Notes under the pieces: model-generated
The model's input: the letters and a program-made list of their open reading frames with translations, nothing else
Databases searched by the model: none
What the model was told of the DNA's origin: nothing
Shown: positions 34,054 through 49,090 of the stretch, piece by piece
Layout: every line of letters starts with the position of its first letter
Position numbering within the stretch: the stretch's first letter is position 1
Translations under genes and position numbers: made by a program
DNA from: Gallionellaceae bacterium UBA2239
GTDB lineage: Bacteria; Pseudomonadota; Gammaproteobacteria; Burkholderiales; UBA9220
NCBI GenBank assembly: GCA_002347615.1
Contig: DDYH01000069.1
Coordinates: forward strand, 96,648-160,647
Reading direction: 5' to 3'
DNA: 64,000 bases

Positions 34054-34359
34054 TTAACCTCTTTCGATCAATCTAATACTTTTCACATGGAGCACCAGCC
34101 TGTTGCTGGTGCGACTTTTCTGGGCCATGAAGCCGGTGATTTCCACCACATCGCCGATCCTGCTCTTCCCGGCGGCTTCCGCCGCCTGCGCTACAGCCAT
34201 CACAGGAACTTCGCATTGCACTTTGCGCCGCTGTCCCGCCTCGATTTGTTCCGAGTCGTGGCTGAGGGTGAAGTTGAGTATCGGCAATCCGCCCGGTGAG
34301 TAGCGCAGGGGAGCGATTTCGCTGATCCTGCCGCACAGGGCGACGTGGTTGCATTCCAC
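34054..34359 (-). CDS. priB: Primosomal replication protein N (PriB)
   Basis: A 101-aa OB-fold protein between rpsF and rpsR (N.V.L.G.I......YSPGG.P...F.L.H pattern). Confidence 0.85.
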   Translation of the reverse strand: MECNHVALCGRISEIAPLRYSPGGLPILNFTLSHDSEQIEAGQRRKVQCEVPVMAVAQAAEAAGKSRIGDVVEITGFMAQKSRTSNRLVLHVKSIRLIERG

Positions 34360-34362
34360 CGT

Positions 34363-34749
34363 TTAGGCGGCTGCTTCTTCCGCCTTGGCTTCGGAACCGC
34401 CTTCAGCCGGCTGGAGCACGGACTTGGCTTTTTCTTCCCGCATCATGGGGGAGGCAGCAGTCACGGCGTCCTTCTTGCTCACCGTCAGGTGGCGCAGCAC
34501 GGCGTCGTTGAAACGGAAGGCATGTTCGAGTTCGTCCAGGGTTTCCTGGTCGCACTCGATGTTCATCAGAACGTAGTGGGCCTTGTGGATTTTCTGGATC
34601 GGGTAGGCGAGTTGACGACGGCCCCAGTCTTCCAGGCGGTGAATTTGGCCGCTGCGGCTGGTGACCATGCCGCGGTAGCGCTCGATCATGCCGGGCACTT
34701 GCTCGCTCTGGTCGGGGTGAACGATGAATACGATTTCATAATGGCGCAT
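34363..34749 (-). CDS. rpsF: 30S ribosomal protein S6
   Basis: [44 protein letters not shown] at 34749 was checked. Confidence 0.95.
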   Translation of the reverse strand: MRHYEIVFIVHPDQSEQVPGMIERYRGMVTSRSGQIHRLEDWGRRQLAYPIQKIHKAHYVLMNIECDQETLDELEHAFRFNDAVLRHLTVSKKDAVTAASPMMREEKAKSVLQPAEGGSEAKAEEAAA

Positions 34750-34890
34750 GAAAACTCCTTCTGGATTAAGCCTCCCGTCATGCTTACGGTGAGGCAAGGT
34801 TATCAACACTGCATTTTTCGCCACCGTCGTTTTTTACGGACGGAAAACGAAAGCGGCGGATTTTACTCGATTTTCAGGCCGGACGCAAAC

Positions 34891-35643
34891 CTAAGCGCCC
34901 GCCATGCGGCGGCGCCGTGCCTCGTAGAGGCAAATGCCGCTGGCTACCGAGACGTTGAGGCTTTCCACGGTGCCGAACATGGGGATGCGCACCAGGGCGT
35001 CGCAGTTCTCCCGCGTCAGGCGCCGCAACCCCTCCCCTTCGGCCCCCATCACCAGGGCGATGGGGCCGTCGAGGCGGGCGGTGGTGAGGTCGCTTTCCGC
35101 TTCGTCGGCGGTGCCGACTACCCAGATGCCCCAGTCGTCTTTCAATTCCCGCAGGGTGCGGGCGAGGTTGGTGACGGTGATGAACGGAATGTTTTCCGCC
35201 GCGCCGCTGGCCACTTTGCGCACGGTGGGGGTGAGGCCGACGGCGCGATCCTTGGGGGCGATGACGGCGTGGGCGCCCATGGCATCGGCCACCCGCAGGC
35301 AAGCCCCCAGGTTGTGGGGATCCTGCACGCCATCGAGAACCAGCAGCAAGGCGGGTTCGGTGAGGTTATTGAGCAGGTCGCCCAAGTCCAGCACCGGGGC
35401 CGCCACTTCCCCCGTCACTTCGGCGATGACGCCCTGGTGGCGGTTGTCGCCGATCATGCCGTCGAGGCGCTTGCGGTCCACCTGGATCACGCGCAGGCCA
35501 ATGCTCTCCGCCAGGCGCAGCAGGTCCCGGGCGCGCTGGTCGCGACGGTCCTGGTCGAAATAAATGCTGGCAATGCCCTGGGGCGATTGACGGATACGGC
35601 TGGCTACGGCGTGAAAGCCGCAAATCAGTTTCTTGGTGCTCAT
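34891..35643 (-). CDS. rlmB: 23S rRNA (guanosine-2'-O)-methyltransferase RlmB (SpoU family)
   Basis: ..[56 protein letters not shown]. Follows rnr as in E. coli. Confidence 0.9.
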   Translation of the reverse strand: MSTKKLICGFHAVASRIRQSPQGIASIYFDQDRRDQRARDLLRLAESIGLRVIQVDRKRLDGMIGDNRHQGVIAEVTGEVAAPVLDLGDLLNNLTEPALLLVLDGVQDPHNLGACLRVADAMGAHAVIAPKDRAVGLTPTVRKVASGAAENIPFITVTNLARTLRELKDDWGIWVVGTADEAESDLTTARLDGPIALVMGAEGEGLRRLTRENCDALVRIPMFGTVESLNVSVASGICLYEARRRRMAGA

Positions 35644-37916
35644 CGGGCTTTCTTCTTTTGGTGGTGCTTGGCGTGGCTTTTGGCATCAGCCGCTTTCGGA
35701 TGCTGGGAGGTTCGTTTTCCCTGGGCCTTGCGCGGAGCGCCCTCCTCCCCTTCGGTCGCTTCACCCTGTTCAAGGGCGAAGTCGATCTTGCTGGTTTCCA
35801 GATCCACCCGCATCACCTTTACCTCCACCCGGTCGCCGAGGCGGAAGCGCTTGCCGGCGCGCTCACCCACCAGCTGGTGCTTGGCCGGATCGAAATGGTA
35901 GTAGTCGTTGCCCAGGTCGGTGATGTGCACCAGTCCTTCCACGTATACGTCGTCCAGGGCGACGAAAATGCCGAAGCCGGTAACGCCGCTGATGGTGCCC
36001 ACGAAGCTTTCCCCCACCCGGTCCTGCATGTAGTAGCACTTGAGCCAGGATTCCACATCCCGGGTGGCCTCGTCGGCGCGGCGCTCGGTCATGGAACAGT
36101 GCAGGCCCAGCTCCGACCAGCTGCCGGGACGGTAATGCTCGTCGTTCAGCACCGCCTTGATGGCCCGGTGCACCAGCAGGTCCGGATAGCGCCGGATGGG
36201 CGAGGTGAAGTGGGTGTAGGACTCGTAGGCCAAGCCGAAGTGGCCCACGTTGTCCGGGCTGTAGACCGCCTGCTGGAGGGAGCGCAGCATCACGGTCTGC
36301 AGCAGTTGGGCGTCGGGACGGTCCTTCACCTTGGCCAGCAGCTTGGCGTAGTCCTTGGCATGGGGATCGTCGTCGCCGCCCAAGGAGAGGCCGAACTCCT
36401 TCAGGAATTCGCGCAGGTTCTCCAGCTTCTCCGGCGTGGGGCCTTCGTGGATGCGGTACAGGGTCGGGTGTTCGTGCTGGTGCAGGAAGTCCGACGCGCA
36501 CACGTTGGCCGCCAGCATGCATTCCTCGATCAGGCGGTGGGCGTCGTTGCGCTTCACCGGCACGATGCGCTCGATCTTGCCCTGATCGTTGAAGATCATC
36601 TGGGTTTCGATGGTTTCGAAGTCGATGGCGCCGCGCTTTTCCCGTGCCTTCAGCAGCACCTTGAACAGTTCGTTCAAATTCTGGATATGAGGCAGCAATA
36701 TTTTGTATTGGTTGGCATTTTCGCCATCGGGATGCTCCAGCATGTCCGCCACCTTGGTGTAGGTGAGGCGGGCATGGGAGAACATTACCGCCGGGTAGAA
36801 ACGGTATTGCCGGATCTCGCCCTTGGCGTCCACGATCATGTCGCACACCATGCACAACCGGTCCACTTCGGGGTTGAGGGAGCACAGGCCGTTGGACAGC
36901 ACTTCGGGCAGCATGGGGATCACCCGCCGCGGGAAATACACCGAGTTGCCCCGGTTCAGGCCCTCCTGGTCCAGGGCATCCCCCGGCCGGACGTAGTGGC
37001 TGACGTCGGCAATGGCCACCACCAGGCGGTAGCCCTTGCCCTGCCGCTCGCAATACACCGCATCGTCGAAGTCCCGGGCGGTTTCGCCGTCGATGGTCAC
37101 CAGGGGCAGGTGGCGGATATCCTCCCGGTCCTTCATGTCCTTCTTCTGCACCGTGGGGGCGAACTTGGCGCACAGCTTTTCCACTTCCGGCGGGAAGACG
37201 TGGGGCAGGTCGTGCTTGCGCAGGGCGATTTCGATTTCCATGCCCGGGTCGGCGTAGTTTCCCAGCACCTCCACCACCCGGCCGATGGGCTGGGCGTTTT
37301 TGTTGGGCTGCTGCATCAGTTCCACCGTCACCACCTGGCCGGGCTTGGCGCCGTTGTCGGCGCCGCCGGGAATCAGGATGTCCTGGTTGATGCGCTTGTT
37401 TTCCGCCACCACGAACAAAATGCCGTGGTCGGAAAACAGGCGCCCCACCATGCGGTGGTTGACGTGCTCCAGCACCTCGACGATGACGCCCTCGGGGCGG
37501 CCCCGCCGGTCCGTGCCGATGACCCGGCCCATCACGATGTCCCGGTGCAGCACCTTGTGCATTTCCTTCGGGCTCAAAAAGATGTCCGGGCTGCCGTCGT
37601 CGGGCACCAGGAAACCGAAGCCGTCGGGGTGGCCTTCAATCCGGCCCTTGATCAGGTCCAGCTTGGACGCGATGCAGATGGCGTTCTTGCGGTTGCGCAT
37701 GATCTGGCCGTCCCGCTCCATGGCGCGCATGCGGCGGGCGAACAGGTCGATCTCTTCATCCTGGATGTCCAGCAGCGCGGCCAGCTTCTCTTGAGCCACC
37801 GGAACACCCTGGTCGGCGAGAATCTGCAAAATGAATTCTCGGCTCGGAAGCGGATGATCGTATTTGGTTTTTTCCCTTTCCAGGAAGGGGTCCTGCAATC
37901 TTATGCTTTTAGTCAT
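35640..37916 (-). CDS. rnr: Ribonuclease R
   Basis: RNB domain ([14 protein letters not shown]..), cold-shock and S1 domains, and a Lys/Ala-rich C-terminal tail. Confidence 0.95.
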   Translation of the reverse strand: MTKSIRLQDPFLEREKTKYDHPLPSREFILQILADQGVPVAQEKLAALLDIQDEEIDLFARRMRAMERDGQIMRNRKNAICIASKLDLIKGRIEGHPDGFGFLVPDDGSPDIFLSPKEMHKVLHRDIVMGRVIGTDRRGRPEGVIVEVLEHVNHRMVGRLFSDHGILFVVAENKRINQDILIPGGADNGAKPGQVVTVELMQQPNKNAQPIGRVVEVLGNYADPGMEIEIALRKHDLPHVFPPEVEKLCAKFAPTVQKKDMKDREDIRHLPLVTIDGETARDFDDAVYCERQGKGYRLVVAIADVSHYVRPGDALDQEGLNRGNSVYFPRRVIPMLPEVLSNGLCSLNPEVDRLCMVCDMIVDAKGEIRQYRFYPAVMFSHARLTYTKVADMLEHPDGENANQYKILLPHIQNLNELFKVLLKAREKRGAIDFETIETQMIFNDQGKIERIVPVKRNDAHRLIEECMLAANVCASDFLHQHEHPTLYRIHEGPTPEKLENLREFLKEFGLSLGGDDDPHAKDYAKLLAKVKDRPDAQLLQTVMLRSLQQAVYSPDNVGHFGLAYESYTHFTSPIRRYPDLLVHRAIKAVLNDEHYRPGSWSELGLHCSMTERRADEATRDVESWLKCYYMQDRVGESFVGTISGVTGFGIFVALDDVYVEGLVHITDLGNDYYHFDPAKHQLVGERAGKRFRLGDRVEVKVMRVDLETSKIDFALEQGEATEGEEGAPRKAQGKRTSQHPKAADAKSHAKHHQKKKAR

Positions 37917-37958
37917 TTGACAACCGTTCCAATTTCAGTAAAATACGCGGCTTCCATT

Positions 37959-38045
37959 GCCCAGATGGCGAAATTGGTAGACGCGCTAGGTTCAGGTCCT
38001 AGTGGTGGCAACACTGTGGAGGTTCGAGTCCTCTTCTGGGCACCA
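37959..38045 (+). tRNA. tRNA-Leu (anticodon CAG)
   Basis: Acceptor GCCCAGA/TCTGGGC, anticodon stem CTAGG/CCTAG with loop TTCAGGT, a long variable arm, T-loop GGTTCGAGTCC, and an encoded CCA. Confidence 0.9.
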
Positions 38046-38051
38046 AAAGCT

Positions 38052-38083
38052 AAAAAAGGCGCTGCGTTTGCAGCGCCTTTTTT
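38052..38083. terminator. Bidirectional rho-independent terminator
   Basis: A6, AGGCGCTGC-GTTT-GCAGCGCCT, then T6, between tRNA-Leu and the purA stop. Confidence 0.8.
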
Positions 38084-38094
38084 GTTTCCTGCAC

Positions 38095-40582
<2,488 letters not shown>

Positions 40583-40613
40583 AGGATTCAGGCGATGTTT
40601 ATTGCCGGGAAAT

Positions 40614-40805
40614 TCAGGAAAGGTTGGCGAGATAGAGCAACAGCAGGCCGCCCAGCATGGACGCCATGCCGACGAAGCGCAACTGCCCATCGGAGAAGTC
40701 GATCATCCTGCGAAACGTCTGGCGCCATGCGGCGGGAGCGAGAAAAGGCAGCAGCCCCTCGATCACCAGCATCAGCGCCAGGGCGTTCAGCAGGTTCACG
40801 CTCAT
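40614..40805 (-). CDS. DUF2065 (YjeT-like) small membrane protein
   Basis: 63 aa with two TM helices, LMLVIEGLLPFLAPAAWR. Follows hflC as yjeT does in E. coli. Confidence 0.75.
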   Translation of the reverse strand: MSVNLLNALALMLVIEGLLPFLAPAAWRQTFRRMIDFSDGQLRFVGMASMLGGLLLLYLANLS

Positions 40806-41677
40806 CTGCCGGCCTTGGGGTGTTTCAGGTATTTGAAGAAATCCGAACTGGGGTCGAGCACCATCACGTCGCCCTTGTTCTTGAAGCTCTCCTTGTAAGC
40901 CTGGAGGCTACGGTAGAAGGCGTAGAACTCGGCGTTCTGGCTGTAGGCGGAGGCATAGATGGCCGACGCCTTGGCGTCGCCCTCGCCCTTGATGCGCTGG
41001 GCATCCCGGTAGGCTTCCGCCAGGATCACCTCCCGCTGGCGCTCCGCGTCGGCGCGGATTTTTTCCGCTTCGGCGGAACCCTGGGAACGCAGCTCGTTGG
41101 CCACCCGCTTGCGTTCGGCTTCCATGCGGCGGTACACCGATTCGCTCACTTCCTCGGGCAGGTCCACCCGCTTGAGGCGCACGTCCAGCACCTGGGCGCC
41201 AATCTTGCGGGCATCCTGGTCGGCCTTGGTGCGCAGGATTTCCATGATCTTGTCCCGCTCGCCGGACACCACGTCGTGCACGGTACGCTTGCCGAATTCG
41301 GCCCGCAGATTATCGTTGATGGTCTGCATCAGCCGGGTCTGCGCGCGAGTTTCGTCACCGCCGACGCTGACGTAGTACTGCTTCACGTCCACGATGCGCC
41401 ACTTGACGAAGGAATCCACCAGCACGTTTTTCTTCTCGGAGGTGATGAAGCGCTCGGGTTCCGGCGTGTCGATGGTCAGGATGCGCTTGTCGAAAAAGCG
41501 CACGTTCTGGATCAGGGGAAGCTTGAAGTACAACCCCGGCTCCTTCTTCACCGAAACCACTTCCCCCAACTGGAACACGATAGCGTCCTGCCGCTGGTCG
41601 ACGGTGTAGACCGAAACGCCGAACAGGACGAGAACGGTGAGAACGACCGCGATGATGACGGGAATATTCTGCTTCAT
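40802..41677 (-). CDS. hflC: FtsH protease modulator HflC
   Basis: An SPFH/band-7 protein immediately after hflK with overlapping stop/start codons. Confidence 0.9.
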   Translation of the reverse strand: MKQNIPVIIAVVLTVLVLFGVSVYTVDQRQDAIVFQLGEVVSVKKEPGLYFKLPLIQNVRFFDKRILTIDTPEPERFITSEKKNVLVDSFVKWRIVDVKQYYVSVGGDETRAQTRLMQTINDNLRAEFGKRTVHDVVSGERDKIMEILRTKADQDARKIGAQVLDVRLKRVDLPEEVSESVYRRMEAERKRVANELRSQGSAEAEKIRADAERQREVILAEAYRDAQRIKGEGDAKASAIYASAYSQNAEFYAFYRSLQAYKESFKNKGDVMVLDPSSDFFKYLKHPKAGR

Positions 41678-42867
41678 GGCCGGGCCTCCCTTTCGCGGCT
41701 GCGGTAGGCATCACCGGTGCGCAATGCCCCGTCGGTCGCCGGGGAAGACGTTTCCGAGGACGTCGTGGCCGGAGCCGGCTTGGCGGCATTCTCGCCCGCG
41801 GGGCCGCTTTGCTGAATCAGTTTATCCAGGGGGAGATAAAGCAGGTTACCGCCCCCCTTCTGGTCCACCAGCACCTTGCTGGTACTGGAATAAATCTGTT
41901 GCATAGCATCCAGATACAGACGGTCCCGGGTCACCCCCGGAGCCTTGTTGTATTCCACCACGACCTGCTTGAAGCGGCTGGCGTCGCCCTCGGCATTGGC
42001 GATGACCCGCTGCTTGTAGCCGTTGGACTCTTCCATCAGACGGGCCGCCATACCCCGGGCTTTAGGAATCACGTCGTTGGCGTAGGCCTGGCCTTCATTC
42101 TTCTGGCGTTCCTTATCCTGCCCGGCTTTCACCGCGTCGTCGAAAGACGCCTGTACCTGCTCGGGGGGCTGGGCGTTCTGCATGGTCACCTTGCTGATGG
42201 TGATGCCGGTGCGATAGCGGTCGAGGATGTCCTGCATCAGCTTGCTGGCCTGGGACGCCACGGCCTCCCGACCTTCGTAGAGCACGAAGTCCATCTTGCT
42301 CTTGCCCACCACCTCGCGGATGGCCGTTTCGGCGACCTGGAGAACGGATTCTTCCGGCGCGCGGTTGTTGAACAGGAAGTCTTCCGGGTCCTTGAGCACG
42401 TATTGCACGGCAAACTGGATGTCAATGATGTTCTCGTCGTCGGTGAGCATCAGGGCTTCCTTCAGCACCTTGTTTTTCAAGGTTCCCCGGTAGCCGATTT
42501 CCGCCGTCCGCACCTGGTCAAGGTTGATGACTTCGACGCTCTCGATGGGATAAGGCAGATGCCAGTGGGGGCCGGGCTGGGTGGTTTCGACGTACTTGCC
42601 GAAACGCAGCACCACGCCGCGCTTGGCCGCATCCACGATGTAGAACCCGCTGCCCACCCAAACGATGGCGCCAATGGCGATCAAGGTACCCAGGCCGGGA
42701 AGCTTGACCGGGCTTCCGCCCGCGCCCCCCTCGGAGGGGCTCCGCCCTCCCCCCTTGCGGCCGAAAAGATCATTCAGCCTTTGGTTGAATTTGCGCCACA
42801 GCTCGTCCAAGTCGGGCGGGCCGTCGTTGTTTTTTTTACCACCCCATTGCGGGTCGTTCCATGCCAT
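41674..42867 (-). CDS. hflK: FtsH protease modulator HflK
   Basis: MAWNDPQWGGKKNNDGPPDLDELWRKF.. N-terminus and an SPFH domain. Confidence 0.9.
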   Translation of the reverse strand: MAWNDPQWGGKKNNDGPPDLDELWRKFNQRLNDLFGRKGGGRSPSEGGAGGSPVKLPGLGTLIAIGAIVWVGSGFYIVDAAKRGVVLRFGKYVETTQPGPHWHLPYPIESVEVINLDQVRTAEIGYRGTLKNKVLKEALMLTDDENIIDIQFAVQYVLKDPEDFLFNNRAPEESVLQVAETAIREVVGKSKMDFVLYEGREAVASQASKLMQDILDRYRTGITISKVTMQNAQPPEQVQASFDDAVKAGQDKERQKNEGQAYANDVIPKARGMAARLMEESNGYKQRVIANAEGDASRFKQVVVEYNKAPGVTRDRLYLDAMQQIYSSTSKVLVDQKGGGNLLYLPLDKLIQQSGPAGENAAKPAPATTSSETSSPATDGALRTGDAYRSREREARP

Positions 42868-42892
42868 AGCGTATTCCTGAGTTTCACCGGTA

Positions 42893-44050
42893 TCAGCAAT
42901 GCGGCCCGGCGGTATGCTCCGCCGCACCACCGTTTTCTTGGGGACGCCCAAGTTGCCGGGCAGATTCCAGCGCTTCCGCCAGAGCCTGTCGCACGTAGTC
43001 CAGCCCGTCACCGGTCCTGGCGCTCACGCGCACCGCGGCGATTCTACCACACTCGTCCCGCTCCACGCCGGAGGTAAGGCCCTTGAGGTCGATCTTGTTC
43101 ATGACCATCACTTGGGGAAGGGTGTCGGCACCAATTTCCGCCAGCACCTTGTTCACTTCTTCCACCTGTTGATGATAGATGCTGCTGCTGGCATCCACCA
43201 CATGGAGCAGCAGGTCGGCCTGGACCGCCTCTTCGAGGGTGGCACGGAAAGAGGCCACCAGGTCGTGGGGCAGGTGTTTGATGAAGCCCACCGTATCGGA
43301 CAGCACCACCGTGCCGCTGCCCGGCAGGACCAATCGGCGCGAGGTAGTGTCCAGGGTGGCGAACAACTGGTCGGCGGCGTAGGCCTGGGCGTGGGTCAGT
43401 GCATTGAACAAAGTGGACTTGCCGGCGTTGGTGTAGCCCACGACGGACACCGAGAGCACGTCCTGCGAACGCTGCCGCGCCCGGCGCTGCACCGAACGCT
43501 GGCGCTGCACGGCGGAAAGCTTTTCCTTGAGCAATTTGACCCGTTTGCCCAGCAGGCGGCGGTCGGTTTCCAACTGGGTTTCACCCGGACCCCGCAGGCC
43601 GATGCCGCCCTTTTGCCGCTCCAGGTGGGTCCAGCCGCGCACCAGGCGGGTGGAGAGATGGGCCAGTTGCGCCAGTTCCACTTGCAGCTTGCCTTCGTGG
43701 CTGCGTGCGCGCTGGGCAAAAATATCCAGAATGAGGGTGGTCCGGTCGATGACCCGGCAATGGAGGGCTTTTTCCAGGTTCCGTTCCTGGGCGGGAGAAA
43801 GCTCGTGGTTGAAGATCACCAGCTCCGCGCCGCTCTCCCTTAAGGCCAGAGCGACTTCGTCCACTTTCCCGCTGCCGGCAAACAGGGCGGCATCCGGCCT
43901 TGCCCGGCGCCCTTTGACGATTTCCGCGATGCCGAGCCCGGCGCTTTCCACCAGCCGGCACAGTTCTTCCACGTCTTCGTCGTAATCGGGCTGCCCGAAA
44001 TCAAGGCTGACCAGAACCGCCTTGTCCCCGCCTTCGGGACGATCGAACAT
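42893..44050 (-). CDS. hflX: GTPase HflX
   Basis: VSVVGYTNAGKSTLFNALT (G1), DTVGFI (G3), NKID (G4). The start shares 1 nt with the hfq stop. Confidence 0.92.
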   Translation of the reverse strand: MFDRPEGGDKAVLVSLDFGQPDYDEDVEELCRLVESAGLGIAEIVKGRRARPDAALFAGSGKVDEVALALRESGAELVIFNHELSPAQERNLEKALHCRVIDRTTLILDIFAQRARSHEGKLQVELAQLAHLSTRLVRGWTHLERQKGGIGLRGPGETQLETDRRLLGKRVKLLKEKLSAVQRQRSVQRRARQRSQDVLSVSVVGYTNAGKSTLFNALTHAQAYAADQLFATLDTTSRRLVLPGSGTVVLSDTVGFIKHLPHDLVASFRATLEEAVQADLLLHVVDASSSIYHQQVEEVNKVLAEIGADTLPQVMVMNKIDLKGLTSGVERDECGRIAAVRVSARTGDGLDYVRQALAEALESARQLGRPQENGGAAEHTAGPHC

Positions 44051-44295
44051 CAGGACTCTTGCTGGGGATGGGGCTCGAAGGGAATGTTGACCGGACGGGC
44101 GGGCACGACGGTGGAAATGGCGTGCTTGTACACCATCTGGGTCACGGAGTTCTTCAGCAGCACCACGTACTGGTCGAAGGAATCGATATGTCCTTGCAGC
44201 TTGATACCGTTCACCAGATAGATGGAGACGGGCACGTGCTCTTTACGCAGGGTGTTCAGGAAGGGGTCTTGTAACATTTGCCCTTTTGCGCTCAT
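44050..44295 (-). CDS. hfq: RNA chaperone Hfq
   Basis: [61 protein letters not shown]. Confidence 0.97.
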   Translation of the reverse strand: MSAKGQMLQDPFLNTLRKEHVPVSIYLVNGIKLQGHIDSFDQYVVLLKNSVTQMVYKHAISTVVPARPVNIPFEPHPQQES

Positions 44296-44436
44296 TTGTA
44301 ACTCCAAAAGTTATTTTAATCAGTGTGCTGCAAGATTAAATCCAAGGGAATGCCAAAAAAATAGCGGCGCCCCGAGAATTCAGTTTTTCATATTACCCCA
44401 CTTTGGGGATTCTGCCAGCCCATTTTTAGGCTGCCG

Positions 44437-45834
44437 TCAACCGTATTTCTTTTTACGGAAGCGCCTTTCGCGCCGGGCCTTGTTCTCCTCGCGCTTGGTA
44501 ATGGGGGCGGCCTTCCTATCGGCGTAGGGGTTGCTGCCCTGCTTGAACTGGACCCGCAGTGGCGTACCCTGGAGTTTGAACAATTCGCGGAAAGTCTTTT
44601 CCAGATAGCGCTTGTAATGCTCCGGCACGCTGTCCAGGGCGTTGCCGTGGATCACGATGATGGGAGGGTTGGAGCCCCCCTGGTGGGCATAGCGCATCTT
44701 GGGGCGATGCAGGCCGACGATGGGGCATTGGTGCTTGGCCACCGCATCATGGAGGGCGCGGGTGAGTTTGGGCGTCGGCAGTTTGGCCATGGCGGCGGCG
44801 TAGGCCTCGTCCACCGACGACAGCAGATTGCCCAGGCCGCTGCCTTGCAGGGCGGAGATGTAATGGGTGCGTGCGAAGGAGAGGAAGGCCAGCTTGCGCT
44901 CCATCTCCCCCTTGATGCGCTCCCGCAGGTCCCGGTCCAGGCCGTCCCACTTGTTGATGGCCACCACCAGGGCGCGGCCGCTTTCCAGAATGAAGCCGGC
45001 GATGTGGGCGTCCTGCTCCGAGATATCCTGCCTGGCGTCCAGCACCAAGACCACCACGTTGGCGTCTTCGATGGCCTGAAGAGTTTTCACCACCGAAAAT
45101 TTTTCGATGGTTTCGAACACCTTGCCGCGCCGGCGCAGGCCGGCGGTATCGATCAGGGTATAAGGGCGGCCATCCCGCTCGAAATCCACGTAGATGCTGT
45201 CCCGGGTCGTGCCCGGCAGGTCGAAGGCAATCACCCTCTCCTCCCCCACCAGGCTGTTGATGAGGGTGGATTTTCCCACGTTGGGGCGGCCGACGACGGC
45301 GATCTTGGGATGGTCGTCCTCTTCCTCGCCTTCCTTCTCGAAAGGGAATTCTTCCAGGGCCAGTTCCACCAGTTGGCGCACCCCTTCGCCATGGGCGGCG
45401 GAGATGGGATAGGGGTCGCCCAGGCCCAACTCATAGAACTCCGCCGTCACCACCTGATGGGGCATCCCCTCGGCCTTGTTGACCGCCACCAGCACCTTGC
45501 GCCTGGCTTTGCGCAAGTGGTCCGCGATGATCTTGTCCTGGGGGGTAAGGCCCTGGCGGGCGTCCACCACGAATACCACCACGTCGGCCTCATCCACCGC
45601 CAGGAGGGACTGCTTGGCCATCTCGTGGAAAATGCCGTCGCTGGCCACCGGCTCGAAGCCGCCGGTGTCCACCACCAGGAAGGGTTTTTCCCCCACCACC
45701 CCGTGCCCGTAATGGCGGTCCCGGGTCAAGCCGGGAATGTCCGCCACGATGGCGTCCCGGGTCTTGGTCAGACGGTTGAACAGGGTGGACTTGCCGACAT
45801 TGGGCCGTCCGACCAGGGCGATGGTGGGTTTCAT
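44437..45834 (-). CDS. der: Ribosome biogenesis GTPase Der (EngA)
   Basis: Two tandem GTPase domains ([14 protein letters not shown] and [14 protein letters not shown]) plus a KH-like C-terminus. Confidence 0.95.
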   Translation of the reverse strand: MKPTIALVGRPNVGKSTLFNRLTKTRDAIVADIPGLTRDRHYGHGVVGEKPFLVVDTGGFEPVASDGIFHEMAKQSLLAVDEADVVVFVVDARQGLTPQDKIIADHLRKARRKVLVAVNKAEGMPHQVVTAEFYELGLGDPYPISAAHGEGVRQLVELALEEFPFEKEGEEEDDHPKIAVVGRPNVGKSTLINSLVGEERVIAFDLPGTTRDSIYVDFERDGRPYTLIDTAGLRRRGKVFETIEKFSVVKTLQAIEDANVVVLVLDARQDISEQDAHIAGFILESGRALVVAINKWDGLDRDLRERIKGEMERKLAFLSFARTHYISALQGSGLGNLLSSVDEAYAAAMAKLPTPKLTRALHDAVAKHQCPIVGLHRPKMRYAHQGGSNPPIIVIHGNALDSVPEHYKRYLEKTFRELFKLQGTPLRVQFKQGSNPYADRKAAPITKREENKARRERRFRKKKYG

Positions 45835-45878
45835 GCAGGGAAAAGCCTTAATGTGAAATTCGCGCAGCGAAACTTCGT

Positions 45879-45920
45879 CCCCTTCTCCCGCTGGCGGGAA
45901 AGGGCAGGGGTGAGGGGAAC
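45879..45920. repeat. REP-type palindrome (inverted orientation relative to 33215)
   Basis: CCCCTTCTCCCGCTGGCGGGAAAGGGCAGGGGTGAGGGG. Its reverse complement aligns with the 33215 and 28055 copies. Lies between bamB and der. Confidence 0.55.
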
Positions 45921-45977
45921 GGTCATGGCGAATGGCTGTTTCATTATTGGTGACGGCAATTCGCCATGGCCGTTCGG

Positions 45978-47153
45978 TTATTGGACTCGGATGGCATACA
46001 GGCCGCCGCGGCTGGTTTGCACCAACGCACCGCTACCGATATCCAGGGGTTTGGCCCGGATAGGGCTGCCGTCGGTGGCGATACGGCCAGCGAAGGAACC
46101 GTCGTCCCGGGACAGGAAATGGACATAGCCCTCCAGGTCTCCCACCACCACGTAACGCCCCACCGCCACCGGGGCGGACAGCTGGCGGGCGGCGAGCTTG
46201 TCCTGCTTCCACACGCTGGCGCCGCTGGCTTTATCGAGGGCGATCACCGAGCCTTTGGCATCGCTGACGTAAACGTTGTAGGCGTCCACCGCCAAGCCGG
46301 AGAAGCTGGACATGTCCCGGGCCCAAATGGTGTTGCCGGTGGAAATATCGATGGATACTACGCGGCCCTGGTAGGCCACGGCGAAAATCTGGCCTCGGTC
46401 GGAAACCGGCGTGCTGGTGATGTCGGCGATGCGCTCCAGTTCGGTGGCCCCCCGGGGCAGGGCCACGTTCGCCTCCCAGCCCACGGCGCCCGAACCCAGG
46501 TCCAGCGCCGCCAGTTTGCCCCCGGCGAAACCGGCGAACACCGCCCCCCGCTCTGCCAGCACGCCGGCGAAGCTGCGCAGGGTCAGCGCCGGGGTCGGGC
46601 GCTGGTAGACCCACTTGCGCTTGCCGTCCCTGGCGTCCAGGGCGTGGAGGCGCCCGTCGCCGGTGCGCACCACCACCAGGTCGTTGAGGATGGCGGGGGC
46701 GCTCAGCACTTCGCCGCTGACCCGGGATTGCCACAACGGATGCCCATCCCCTGCGTCGAAGGCCAGCACTTCCGCTTTGGCGGTACCTACGGCGACCACG
46801 CCTTCGCCCGCGCCCACCCCGCCGGACAACTTCTTTCCGCTGTCCACGGTCCAGGCCGCCTGGCCGCTGTCGAGATCGAAACGGGAAACCTTACCGTCAT
46901 TTCCGGCCGCGAACACGCTGCCGCCGGCAATGGCCGGCGAGAACACGTAGCCCCCCGCTTCTCCCACCGATCCATGCCAGGCGGCGCCGAGGGTGACGGA
47001 GGGCGTGAATTCGGTGAGGGGTGTCGGCTTGACGCTGGTGTCCTTGCTGAAGAAGCCGAAACCGGTGGACATGCTCTCCTTCATGCTGGAGCAGGCGGCC
47101 AACTGGGCCACCAGCCCGGCAACCAACAATGCGCGGATAAGGGGACGGGTCAT
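45978..47153 (-). CDS. bamB: Outer membrane protein assembly factor BamB
   Basis: Lipoprotein signal [12 protein letters not shown] followed by PQQ-like beta-propeller repeats. The ATG at 47153 was checked; the longer track ORF overlaps yfgM out of frame. Confidence 0.9.
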   Translation of the reverse strand: MTRPLIRALLVAGLVAQLAACSSMKESMSTGFGFFSKDTSVKPTPLTEFTPSVTLGAAWHGSVGEAGGYVFSPAIAGGSVFAAGNDGKVSRFDLDSGQAAWTVDSGKKLSGGVGAGEGVVAVGTAKAEVLAFDAGDGHPLWQSRVSGEVLSAPAILNDLVVVRTGDGRLHALDARDGKRKWVYQRPTPALTLRSFAGVLAERGAVFAGFAGGKLAALDLGSGAVGWEANVALPRGATELERIADITSTPVSDRGQIFAVAYQGRVVSIDISTGNTIWARDMSSFSGLAVDAYNVYVSDAKGSVIALDKASGASVWKQDKLAARQLSAPVAVGRYVVVGDLEGYVHFLSRDDGSFAGRIATDGSPIRAKPLDIGSGALVQTSRGGLYAIRVQ

Positions 47154-47155
47154 GG

Positions 47156-47782
47156 TCAGCCTCCCAGGGCGTCGAGCTTCATTTGCACCAGATTGCGGTA
47201 GTCGCCCTTCTGGTCCAGTTTTTCCAGGGCTGCCTGATACGCCTTGCGGGCGTCGTCGGGCTTGCCCTGGGCAACCAGCACGTCGCCTCGCAGATCCATG
47301 AAAAGACCGTCGAAAGCCGCTGCGTGTCCGGCATCCAGCTGTTTGAGGGCGGTGTCGTACTGTTTTTCGCCCAGGAACAGGCTGGCGAGCCTGAGGCGGG
47401 CCACGGCCTGGAGTTCGGATTCCTTTGCGTGGTCCACCACCCACTGCAACTGGGCCTTGGCGCTCTTGACGTCGCCGCCCTGGAGGTTGGCGCTGGCGGC
47501 GATCAGGGCCGCCCGGGGGGCATAGGCGGTGCCGGCATACTTTTCCATCAACTGGCCGGCGGCATCCCGCACTTTTTTCACATCCCGGGCCTGGGCCGCG
47601 TCCTGCATGCTCTGATAAAGGGCGGCGGCATTGGAAGCCTGGGTCTTCTGGTAATGGCGCCAGCCCTGGATGCCGCCGGCGATGGCCACCCCCAGGGCGA
47701 CAGCGACGATCACCGTCCGGCCGTTCTGTTTCCACCACGCCTTGAGGGCGTCGACTTTTTCCTGTTCTTCGAGGTCGTACAT
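47156..47782 (-). CDS. yfgM: YfgM family TPR-like membrane protein
   Basis: MYDLEEQEKVDALKAWWKQNG plus one TM helix and a helical periplasmic domain. Sits in the conserved hisS-yfgM-bamB-der order. Confidence 0.8.
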   Translation of the reverse strand: MYDLEEQEKVDALKAWWKQNGRTVIVAVALGVAIAGGIQGWRHYQKTQASNAAALYQSMQDAAQARDVKKVRDAAGQLMEKYAGTAYAPRAALIAASANLQGGDVKSAKAQLQWVVDHAKESELQAVARLRLASLFLGEKQYDTALKQLDAGHAAAFDGLFMDLRGDVLVAQGKPDDARKAYQAALEKLDQKGDYRNLVQMKLDALGG

Positions 47783-47799
47783 GGTTTTCCCGTTATGGT

Positions 47800-49062
<1,263 letters not shown>

Positions 49063-49090
49063 AAGACGATGAAAGTGAGTTTCAGGAAAT

